From a candidate division WOR-3 bacterium (lineage in GTDB: Bacteria; Hydrothermota; Tepidihabitantia; Tepidihabitantales; Tepidihabitantaceae), in assembly GCA_039801225.1 (NCBI GenBank), contig JBDRUH010000026.1, positions 1 to 16,789 on the forward strand: a stretch of 16,789 bases of DNA, given 5' to 3'. A program made the translations under genes and the position numbers. Shown one piece after another: positions 1 to 6,777 of the stretch; position 1 is the stretch's first letter, and each line of letters starts with the position of its first letter. The notes beneath the pieces are model-generated. The model was not told the DNA's origin. It did no database searches and saw only the letters and a program-made list of their open reading frames with translations.

Positions 1-137
1 TGGAATGAATAGTTATTGAAATTAGAGGGGGCATTGCCTTGAGTTTTTCCAAAAATATGAGATAAGTCCGAATCAGGCTGCTTCGGACATAGAGTGCTTT
101 GATTTGACACCTTGTGAGTAACAAAAAGTTGTGATTA

Positions 138-165
138 TTGACAAAAGGGACAGTGTGGGTATTTT
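138..165 (+). promoter_or_regulatory. sigma70-type promoter of the acyP-rib operon (TTGACA-N16-TATTTT)
   Basis: TTGACA 138-143 and TATTTT 160-165; ATG at 172 lies at the expected start-site position; no SD upstream. Confidence 0.6.
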
Positions 166-171
166 TATGAT

Positions 172-465
172 ATGAGTGAAAAGAGTTCTAAGGCTAGTTT
201 GTTTGCTTTTGTTTCTGGAATGGTCCAGGGAGTTTTCTTTCGGATGTTTGTCCTTAAGGAGGCACGGGCGCTCGGTCTGTGCGGTAGAGTAAGAAACCTG
301 CCGGATGGTAGGGTGGAGGTAATCGCTGAGGGCGAAAGGGAGAGATTGGAGAAGTTGGTGGAGCGGCTACATCAGGGTCCACCCGGAGCGATGGTTACGG
401 GGGTTGAGGTAAACTGGAGTGAGTATAACCACGAGTATAACGATTTTCAGATAGACTATCGGTAA
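172..465 (+). CDS. acyP: acylphosphatase
   Basis: 97 aa; V-x-G-x-VQGVFFR phosphate loop with catalytic Arg, GRVRNLPDGRVE with catalytic Asn, GPPGA near the C-terminus. Confidence 0.95.
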   Translation: MSEKSSKASLFAFVSGMVQGVFFRMFVLKEARALGLCGRVRNLPDGRVEVIAEGERERLEKLVERLHQGPPGAMVTGVEVNWSEYNHEYNDFQIDYR

Positions 466-514
466 ATTAATGCCCGATTCTAAAGTTAGGGGGGGAAGGT
501 TTTTCTGGGGTGAG

Positions 515-1597
515 ATGGATGAGCATTTTATGCGCGAGGCGCTGGAACTGGCAGCAAAGGGCTGTGGTTTAGTTTCGCCCAATCCGATGGTCGGGGCGGT
601 GCTGGTAAAAAGCAACCGGGTTGTGGGGAGAGGTTATCACCGGCGTTTTGGTGCTGCCCATGCCGAAATTGAGGCGATTCGTGATGCGAAGGGTGAAGCG
701 AGGAAGGCGACGCTTTATGTGACGATGGAGCCCTGCTGTTTTCAAGGGAAGACACCTCCTTGCACCGAAGCGATAGTGCAGGCAGGAATAAACCGGGTTG
801 TTGCGGCGATGGTTGACCCGAATCCCCGGGTGCAGAACAGGGGTTTAAGGTGTTTGCGTCGAGCAGGTGTCAAGGTTGAGGTCGGACTTTTGGAGAAAGA
901 GGCACGGCGGTTGAATGAGGCTTATATTACTTTTATGAGTGAACACCGACCTTTTGTGATGCTGAAGGTGGCGGCGAGTCTGGACGGAATGATGGCGAGC
1001 AGTGAAGGCGAATCGGAGTGGATTACCGGCGAAAAGGCGAGGGAGATGGGGCAGAAGTTGCGGTCTATGTCAGATGCGGTGCTGGTGGGCGTAGGCACGA
1101 TTTTACGGGACAACCCGCTTCTCACCTGCCGAATAAATAAGGAGAAGCGGCTTTTGCGGGTAGTGCTTGATACAACACTGAAAACTTCGCCGGAGAGCCG
1201 GCTATTTTCTGCTGATGGTAAGGTGGTGATATTTACCGCCACAAGGAACGAGGTCCGGGTGCGGCGTTTGGAAAAGGTAGGTGCTGAGGTGGTAAGGGTG
1301 CGAGAGGAGCAAAAGGGCAGGCTCGCCTGGCAGGATGTGTTGAGAGAACTTTACCAGCGACAGATAATGTGCGTTTTGATTGAAGGGGGACCAACCGTTG
1401 CCTCCTCAGCACTGGAGGCGGGTGTTGTTGATAAGGCTTTTTTCTTTCAGGCACCTAAGATATTAGGACCGGGGCGGCTGTTTTCCGCCGGAATAAAGCC
1501 CAGGTCTTTGGAAGGGGCGCTGGTTTTAAAGGATGTTCGTCATATTGAAATGGGGGATGATATTTTAACCGAAGGGTATGTTTACCGGTTTAGTTGA
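515..1597 (+). CDS. ribD: bifunctional diaminohydroxyphosphoribosylaminopyrimidine deaminase / reductase
   Basis: PNPMVGAV, HAE and EPCC..GKTPPC Zn-deaminase motifs; KVAASLDG, SEWITG, DAVLVGVGT..DNPLL and IEGG reductase motifs. ATG 515 (MDEHFMREAL, preceded by GGGGTGAG) is preferred over ATG 470. Confidence 0.95.
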   Translation: MDEHFMREALELAAKGCGLVSPNPMVGAVLVKSNRVVGRGYHRRFGAAHAEIEAIRDAKGEARKATLYVTMEPCCFQGKTPPCTEAIVQAGINRVVAAMVDPNPRVQNRGLRCLRRAGVKVEVGLLEKEARRLNEAYITFMSEHRPFVMLKVAASLDGMMASSEGESEWITGEKAREMGQKLRSMSDAVLVGVGTILRDNPLLTCRINKEKRLLRVVLDTTLKTSPESRLFSADGKVVIFTATRNEVRVRRLEKVGAEVVRVREEQKGRLAWQDVLRELYQRQIMCVLIEGGPTVASSALEAGVVDKAFFFQAPKILGPGRLFSAGIKPRSLEGALVLKDVRHIEMGDDILTEGYVYRFS

Positions 1598-2189
1598 GGC
1601 GGTAGGCAAGGTCTGCCGGATTGAGTCAAGGGGGCAGAACCGGATTTTTTTAATTGCGGCGGATTTTAGTAGTGAGTTGAAGCCGGGTGAAAGTGTGGCG
1701 GTGCAGGGCTGTTGTTTAACGGTAGTTAATGTTCTGGATAGGGTTTTTCAGGTTGAGGCGGTGTCGGCAACTTTGAAAGCGACTACGCTAAGCGATTTGC
1801 GGGTTGGGGCGCTGGTGAACCTGGAGCGGGCGCTGCAAGTTGGCGAGCGATTGGGCGGGCATATCGTTTTAGGTCATATTGATGAGGTGGGTATAATCCG
1901 GCGGATAGGGCGTCGGGGTGGTGAGGTGGTAATGGTAATCGGGGTGAGTAAAAAGAATACCATTTGGCTGGTAGATAAGGGTTCGGTTGCTATTGACGGG
2001 GTGAGTCTTACGGTGGCTAAAACGGGTTGGGGTGAGTTCAGCGTCAACCTTATCCCTTATACTTTGAAAAAGACAAATCTCGGAACAAGAAAATCTGGCG
2101 AGCGGGTGAATATTGAGTATGACATCCTGGTCAAGGCTGCCCAGCGGGTTTCGGGTCGGCACCCGGCAGTGCCGTTCGGCGCTGAATAA
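1578..2189 (+). CDS. ribE: riboflavin synthase (alpha chain; RibE/RibC)
   Basis: N-terminal MFTGLVE, SVAVQGCCLTV, VNLERAL, GGHIVLGHID, KGSVAIDGVSLTV; overlaps ribD by 20 nt. Confidence 0.96.
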   Translation: MFTGLVEAVGKVCRIESRGQNRIFLIAADFSSELKPGESVAVQGCCLTVVNVLDRVFQVEAVSATLKATTLSDLRVGALVNLERALQVGERLGGHIVLGHIDEVGIIRRIGRRGGEVVMVIGVSKKNTIWLVDKGSVAIDGVSLTVAKTGWGEFSVNLIPYTLKKTNLGTRKSGERVNIEYDILVKAAQRVSGRHPAVPFGAE

Positions 2190-2955
2190 AACCCAAATCC
2201 CTGGAGCCGATTTCTGTGTTAATCCCTATTTCGGTTGCAGTCACGGCTGTCTTTACTGCTACGCCAGTTTTATGCTTAAACACTTCCGGATTACTGAACC
2301 ATGGGGTTCATTTGTTGAGGCGAAGGTTAACCTGCCTACAGTGTTGCGGAAAGAACATAAGAGGCTGGGCAGGGTTTTACTCGGCACAGTCTGCGACCCT
2401 TACCAGCCGGTAGAGGCGGATTTTCAATTGAGCAGAGAGGTGCTGAGGATTCTGGGACAGGCGGGTTTTGAGGTGGAGGTGCTGACCAAATCGGACCTGG
2501 TGCTCCGTGACCTGGACCTCCTTATGCGCTATCCCAGTTTCAGTGTGGAATTGACCATCACTACATTGGAGGAGGAGGTGCGGGAGTTTTTTGAGCCGGG
2601 TGCGGCACCGATCGCCCGTCGGTTTGAGGCGGCAGAGAGATTGGTTAAATCCGGGGTTGAAACTACCGTTTTCTTCGGTCCGGTTCTGCCGTATTTCAGT
2701 GACTCAGAGGAGAAAATTGGCGCGATTCTTGAGGCGGTAGCCCAAACTGGAGTTAAGTGGGTGCTGATTGACCGATTGAACTATTTGAAGAAAAAGTTGC
2801 CTCTTTTCCGCTTGAGGTTGCGCCAAAAGTTTCCTCTGGCGCTCACTGCTTTTGAGCGGGCGCTGAAAGTGCCTGAGGTTTATGCCGCAGAGTTAAGGGC
2901 TAAAGCAATTTCGGCACTGAACCGAGTTGGACTGGATGGCAGGGTTGTTTTCTAA
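2119..2955 (+). CDS. radical SAM protein, spore-photoproduct-lyase-like (SPL/Rv2578c-type) family
   Basis: NPYFGCSHGCLYCYA CxxxCxxC motif, GTVCDPYQPVE, LTKSDLVLRDLD, FEPGA; start uncertain (ATG 2119 or TTG 2113); overlaps the ribE 3' end. Confidence 0.85.
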   Translation: MTSWSRLPSGFRVGTRQCRSALNKTQIPGADFCVNPYFGCSHGCLYCYASFMLKHFRITEPWGSFVEAKVNLPTVLRKEHKRLGRVLLGTVCDPYQPVEADFQLSREVLRILGQAGFEVEVLTKSDLVLRDLDLLMRYPSFSVELTITTLEEEVREFFEPGAAPIARRFEAAERLVKSGVETTVFFGPVLPYFSDSEEKIGAILEAVAQTGVKWVLIDRLNYLKKKLPLFRLRLRQKFPLALTAFERALKVPEVYAAELRAKAISALNRVGLDGRVVF

Positions 2956-2967
2956 GATGTATTTAAA

Positions 2968-2995
2968 TTGACGATGAGTGGGTTTGAAATAAAAT
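2968..2995 (+). promoter_or_regulatory. serS promoter (TTGACG-N16-TAAAAT)
   Basis: TTGACG 2968-2973 and TAAAAT 2990-2995; ATG follows after 7 nt; no SD. Confidence 0.7.
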
Positions 2996-3002
2996 AGTAA
3001 TT

Positions 3003-4253
3003 ATGGACTTAAAGTTTGTCCGGGAGAATCCGGATGAGGCACGGCGAATGCTTGCCCTGCGCCGTAGTCGGGTTGATATTGAGCAAATTCTCTCCTTAGA
3101 TGAGGAGCGGCGGAAACTGGTGCGGCGGCGGGATGAGTTGAGACACGAGCAGAAGGTAATTTCTGAGGCGATTGCTAAAGGAAAGCGGGAGAAAAAAGAG
3201 GAGGCGGAAGTTTTTGAGCGGGCACGACGGCTATCTGAGGAGGTGAAGGAGGTAGAGGTAAAACTGAGGCAATTGGAGGCAGAACAGGAGGAACTGGCAA
3301 AACTTTTGCCCAATAGAGTTCATTCTACAGTTAACGAAGAGGAGGAGGTTGTTGCCCATTGGGGTGAAATGCCGAAGTTTGATTTTCAACCTTTGGCGCA
3401 CTGGGATTTGGGTGAGGCGTTGAACATCATTGACCTTGAGGCGGCAGCAAGGCTGGCAGGCTCAAGGTTTGTGGTTTTTAAGGGGCAAGGTGCGCTTTTA
3501 GAGCGGGCGTTAATCAACTATTTTCTTGACACCGCGGTCAGGCGCTTTGGCTATACCGAGGTGATGCCACCGGCACTGGCCAATTTCGCCACCCTTGAGG
3601 CGGCAGGACAGTTGCCCAATCTGGCAGAGGAGATGTATCTTACCCGGGATGATGATTTCTATCTCATTCCGACCGCCGAACCACAACTGGTTGCCTATTA
3701 TCGGGACAAAACGATTGATGCCGAATCTCTGCCGATGAAGATGGTCGCCTATACCCCCTGTTTTCGCCGGGAGGCGGGTTCGTATGGTAAGGATGTGCGG
3801 GGTATGATTCGCATCCATCAATTTGACAAGGTAGAACTGGTGCGATTGACCTTTCCCGAACGCTCTTATGAGGATTTAGAAGAGATGCGCCAAGAGGCGG
3901 AGAGCCTCCTAAAGGAACTGGGATTACCCTATCGGGTGAAACGGCTGGCAGCCTGGGACATTGCCTTTCAATCGGCAAAAACCTATGACCTGGAGGTGTG
4001 GGCAGCAGGTGTAGGACGCTGGCTTGAGGTTTCCTCAATATCCAACTGCGAGGATTTCCAGACCAGGCGAGGAAGAATTCGGGTGCGCGGGAAAGATGGT
4101 AAGACATTTTACCCTCATGCGCTGAATGGTTCTGCTTTGGCGCTACCGCGAACCTTTATCGCAATAGTTGAGAATTTTCAGCAAAAGGACGGGTCGGTAC
4201 TTGTGCCCCCCTGCCTCAGACCTTACACTAATGGTCTGGAGCGGCTCGGTTAG
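3003..4253 (+). CDS. serS: serine--tRNA ligase
   Basis: N-terminal coiled coil; GSRF, LIPTAE, CFRREAGSYGKDVRGMIRIHQFDKVE (motif 2), EVSSISNC, LNGSALALPR (motif 3). Confidence 0.98.
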   Translation: MDLKFVRENPDEARRMLALRRSRVDIEQILSLDEERRKLVRRRDELRHEQKVISEAIAKGKREKKEEAEVFERARRLSEEVKEVEVKLRQLEAEQEELAKLLPNRVHSTVNEEEEVVAHWGEMPKFDFQPLAHWDLGEALNIIDLEAAARLAGSRFVVFKGQGALLERALINYFLDTAVRRFGYTEVMPPALANFATLEAAGQLPNLAEEMYLTRDDDFYLIPTAEPQLVAYYRDKTIDAESLPMKMVAYTPCFRREAGSYGKDVRGMIRIHQFDKVELVRLTFPERSYEDLEEMRQEAESLLKELGLPYRVKRLAAWDIAFQSAKTYDLEVWAAGVGRWLEVSSISNCEDFQTRRGRIRVRGKDGKTFYPHALNGSALALPRTFIAIVENFQQKDGSVLVPPCLRPYTNGLERLG

Positions 4254-4647
4254 TTCTTTTTGTAAACTTAAAGCCACTCGGAAGGAGTTGTTTCAGGTAG
4301 AATTTTTTGGTTTTTTTGGGACAGGCAAGGATAATGATTGGATTCTTAGAGAACTCATTTATTACCTGAAGGCAGGCACCACAGGGCGCGGTTAACACTT
4401 CGGTAGGGGTGAAGACAAGGATTGCCTTAATTTCTTTCTCTCCAGCGGTAATCGCTTTAAATACGGCAACTCGCTCCGCACAGATAGAAAGCCCGAAGGA
4501 GGCGTTTTCAATATTGGCACCGGAATAGATTTTCCCGTTATTAGCAAGGACAGCGGCGCCAACCTTAAAGTTGGAATACGGGGCATACGCCATACCGATG
4601 GCGTCCTGGGCGTGCTGTAAAAGTATGGCAATGGTTTTACGGTTCAT
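4228..4647 (-). CDS. cdd: cytidine deaminase (homotetrameric type)
   Basis: AYAPYSNFKVGAA, GANIENAS, CAERVA and PCGAC Zn motifs; GGGAG SD upstream; 26-nt convergent overlap with serS. Confidence 0.95.
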   Translation of the reverse strand: MNRKTIAILLQHAQDAIGMAYAPYSNFKVGAAVLANNGKIYSGANIENASFGLSICAERVAVFKAITAGEKEIKAILVFTPTEVLTAPCGACLQVINEFSKNPIIILACPKKTKKFYLKQLLPSGFKFTKRTNRAAPDH

Positions 4648-4686
4648 TTTGCTCCCTTTTCATAATGGCATCTTTGCCGATGGATG

Positions 4687-4749
4687 GAATATTAGGCAAA
4701 CCTTGAGGTTTGCATCCAGAAAAGCAAGGCTCAAGCCTGCCCAACATCC
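4687..4749. repeat. REP/REPIN-like doublet of short palindromes enclosed by an outer inverted repeat
   Basis: GCAAACCT-TG-AGGTTTGC (4696-4713) and GCAAGGCT-CA-AGCCTGC (4724-4740); outer arms 4687-4698 and 4738-4749 pair (12 bp with G-U on the minus strand). Confidence 0.55.
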
Positions 4750-4800
4750 GAATGCGTTCCGCTAATAACTTCCGCCTTCCACCTTTTCTTAAGCCGAGAA

Positions 4801-4882
4801 TGCCGGGGACAGGATTTGAACCTGCACGCCGTAAGGCACATGGCCCTCAACCATGCGTGTCTGCCATTTCCACCACCCCGGC
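4801..4882 (-). tRNA. tRNA-Leu(GAG), CCA not encoded
   Basis: Minus strand: acceptor GCCGGGG/CCCCGGC plus discriminator A; anticodon arm CATGG-TT-GAG-GG-CCATG; long variable arm GCC-TTAC-GGC; T arm GCAGG-TTCAAAT-CCTGT. Confidence 0.97.
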
Positions 4883-4895
4883 TTTAAATTATATT

Positions 4896-4923
4896 ATTAT
4901 AAGAGGTGGGTTTCATCTGTCAA
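4896..4923 (-). promoter_or_regulatory. tRNA-Leu/cdd promoter (TTGACA-N16-TATAAT)
   Basis: Perfect consensus hexamers on the minus strand at 4923-4918 and 4901-4896. Confidence 0.85.
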
Positions 4924-4955
4924 TTTTGCCAGTATAAAAATATTAATAAAAATTC

Positions 4956-4983
4956 TTGACAAGAGAAATTTAAGATTTACAAT
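4956..4983 (+). promoter_or_regulatory. lipoprotein operon promoter (TTGACA-N16-TACAAT), divergent from the tRNA-Leu promoter
   Basis: TTGACA 4956-4961 and TACAAT 4978-4983; AT-rich UP-like tract 4924-4955 shared by both promoters. Confidence 0.8.
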
Positions 4984-5011
4984 TTAAAACGCTTAAGGAT
5001 TAAGATGTTAA

Positions 5012-5096
5012 GTAGTCTCACTTTTATGTCAGAAGTGGGATTACGAGAGTCTGTATGGGTGAGACGGATAGTCCAGCGGCAAACCGTCTTTACCCA
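5012..5096 (+). ncRNA. candidate structured 5' leader or small RNA (two hairpins with an alternative cross-pairing), family unknown
   Basis: Hairpin 5012-5044 (14 bp, 3 G-U); hairpin 5056-5096 (12 bp with one bulge); GTCTCAC 5015-5021 is complementary to GTGAGAC 5059-5065. Confidence 0.45.
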
Positions 5097-5132
5097 AAAG
5101 CAAAGGTTAAAAGTTAAAAAAGGAGGCAATCT

Positions 5133-5384
5133 GTGAAAAAACTACTCGCCGCTTGTGCAATCGTCGCACTAATTTTTGCTATCGGCTGTCCGCAGAAAAA
5201 GGCTGAGGAAAAGCCAAAGCCAGCAGCACCGGAGACCACAATGCAGGCACCACCGCCAGAGACTGGTGCGGTGAAGGCGCCAGCAGAGACGGTGAAAGCA
5301 CCAGCAGAAACGGCTAAGGCTCCGGCACCTACGCCAAAATCAGAAACAAAGCCGAGCGGCAAGCCACCTAAAGTAGGTCGTTAA
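5133..5384 (+). CDS. small Pro/Ala/Lys/Glu-rich putative lipoprotein, likely disordered
   Basis: GTG start with AGGAGG SD; MKK, hydrophobic stretch and AIGC lipobox; KAPAET repeats. Confidence 0.85.
   Translation: MKKLLAACAIVALIFAIGCPQKKAEEKPKPAAPETTMQAPPPETGAVKAPAETVKAPAETAKAPAPTPKSETKPSGKPPKVGR
5271..5333 (+). repeat. 3 x 21-nt imperfect coding tandem repeat (VKAPAET/VKAPAET/AKAPAPT)
   Basis: GTGAAGGCGCCAGCAGAGACG / GTGAAAGCACCAGCAGAAACG / GCTAAGGCTCCGGCACCTACG. Confidence 0.8.
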
Positions 5385-5398
5385 TAAAAGGAGGTAAA

Positions 5399-6205
5399 AT
5401 GAAGAGGCTGCTCTCAATTGCTGGAGTTCTTTCTCTGGTAATACTCGCGATAATTTTTGTTCGTTGTCCGGGTATAACCGGAGGTGAACCGACAAATCTG
5501 AGAGTTGTTGCTGATACCGACAGCACGGTAAAACTCACCTGGACCGCGCCCACTGAAGGCACTCCGGACAAATACATCGTCTACTTTAAAGATGTTTCGG
5601 CTGCAAGTTACACGATGGTAGCCAATAATGTGACTACCACCGAATACATTCACGACCCTAATGGCGCCACTGGAACCTACCAGGTTGCGGCTATGTTTGG
5701 CTCTGAGGAGTATAAGTCTTCCTCTACCGTTTCCACGGTCCCAATTGCAACTTCGGCAAAGACCGTCGCTGAGCTCAACGCCTCAGGCAACTCTGGATAT
5801 GGCTGGAACAGAAGTGACGGAAGTGGAACTACTTATTCAATGACTCAGGCGGCCAATGCTGCCAATGTAGATTTTTACATTACCGACTTTCAGACTGCTA
5901 CTTATTCAATTGCCAGTCCTGACCAAGGTCCATCCGATCCAGGTGGGGTTGTTCCTCAAGGTTCTTGGCGGGTGAATGCGATTGCTGGAGGACTTACTAG
6001 CGAGACTGCACCACTGCCATCTCACAACCCCAATATCTATGCGAACTATCAGGATATCACTCAGACTCCGTTCCTTGCCGCGGTATATACAACCGACGAT
6101 TATTACGCTCTCGTGAAACTTGATGGGTTCAATCCTCAGAATAAGACCTATGAGGCTAGCACCTGGTTCCAGTTGGTTAAAGGGCTGCGGCTAATCAAGC
6201 ACTAA
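5399..6205 (+). CDS. putative exported lipoprotein with an N-terminal fibronectin type III domain and an unknown beta-rich C-terminal domain
   Basis: AGGAGG SD; signal peptide ending FVR-C; FN3 pattern PTNLRV...VKLTWTAP...KYIVYFK...TYQVAA; Thr/Ser/Asn/Tyr-rich. Confidence 0.8.
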   Translation: MKRLLSIAGVLSLVILAIIFVRCPGITGGEPTNLRVVADTDSTVKLTWTAPTEGTPDKYIVYFKDVSAASYTMVANNVTTTEYIHDPNGATGTYQVAAMFGSEEYKSSSTVSTVPIATSAKTVAELNASGNSGYGWNRSDGSGTTYSMTQAANAANVDFYITDFQTATYSIASPDQGPSDPGGVVPQGSWRVNAIAGGLTSETAPLPSHNPNIYANYQDITQTPFLAAVYTTDDYYALVKLDGFNPQNKTYEASTWFQLVKGLRLIKH

Positions 6206-6221
6206 CGCAGGAGAAATAATT

Positions 6222-6253
6222 ACTGAGCCCCCAATCTGGGGGCTCAGTTTTTT
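6222..6253 (+). terminator. rho-independent terminator
   Basis: Perfect 12-bp stem ACTGAGCCCCCA-atc-TGGGGGCTCAGT followed by a T run. Confidence 0.92.
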
Positions 6254-6323
6254 AGTATAATCCTTATGCTATTGTCTTCATTTTGCTGTTTGAAAAGTTC
6301 TTATAAAGATATGACACAAAATG

Positions 6324-6351
6324 TTGACAAGGAATTTTATATTGATATAGT
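6324..6351 (+). promoter_or_regulatory. S10 operon promoter (TTGACA-N16-TATAGT, extended -10 TG)
   Basis: TTGACA 6324-6329, TG 6343-6344, TATAGT 6346-6351. Confidence 0.8.
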
Positions 6352-6453
6352 TTATTTTTAGTTTCCATTTGGGGCATGTTAATAAGACCCCGGGGAATAA
6401 AGTATTGGTTAGGAATTAGTAAAGAATAAAATAGGAGTTTTTTGCTTTAAAAT

Positions 6454-6777
6454 ATGAGTTTGTTAAGAACATCAAAAAAGATAAGGATAAAGTTGAAGGC
6501 GTATGACCACCGACTGCTGGACCAGTCGGCGCGGGATATTGTTGATGTGGCTAAGCGGACAGGTGCCCAGGTTTCTGGTCCGGTGCCCTTGCCAACAAAG
6601 CGTACCCTATTTACAGTCCTGCGTTCGCCTCATGTGGATAAGAAGTCACGAGAGCAGTTTGAGTTACGGGTGCATAAGCGGTTGATTGAGATCTCTAATG
6701 CGACCGCGGAGATGGTGGATGCGCTGATGAAACTTGAGGTGCCAGCCGGGGTGGAGGTGGAGATAAAGTCAACATGA
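6454..6777 (+). CDS. rpsJ: 30S ribosomal protein S10
   Basis: [37 protein letters not shown]. Confidence 0.98.
   Translation: MSLLRTSKKIRIKLKAYDHRLLDQSARDIVDVAKRTGAQVSGPVPLPTKRTLFTVLRSPHVDKKSREQFELRVHKRLIEISNATAEMVDALMKLEVPAGVEVEIKST

Noticed and set aside
66..88. Hairpin GTCCGAA-N9-TTCGGAC upstream of acyP
   Set aside because: Only 7 bp with no U tract; could end an upstream transcript but cannot be assigned
104..131. Second TTGACA at 104-109
   Set aside because: No -10-like hexamer at 16-18 bp spacing
470..514. Longer ribD start at 470 with a G7 tract (489-495) as a phase-variation site
   Set aside because: Homology and SD favour ATG 515, which places the tract outside the CDS; G7 is short in a G-rich strand
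2146..2152. GGGTTTC slippery heptamer as a programmed ribE-radical SAM frameshift
   Set aside because: The heptamer is not phased as X XXY YYZ in the ribE frame, and the downstream gene is in the +1 frame, not -1
4637..4790. Minus-strand frame reading KLLAERIRMLG (Dps/ferritin-like) and a 36-aa ORF
   Set aside because: Short motif match only, and the frame runs through the palindromic repeat; likely chance
5040..5110. Resemblance of GGCAAACC...GCAAAG to c-di-GMP-I, or CGGCAA(A)CC to SAM-I riboswitches
   Set aside because: No GNRA-capped stem after GGCAAACC and none of the SAM-I P1/P2/P4 core elements in the right order
5831..5910. Repeated ACTTATTCAAT (TYSM/TYSI) in the FN3 lipoprotein
   Set aside because: Two 11-nt copies explained by similar codons; not an array
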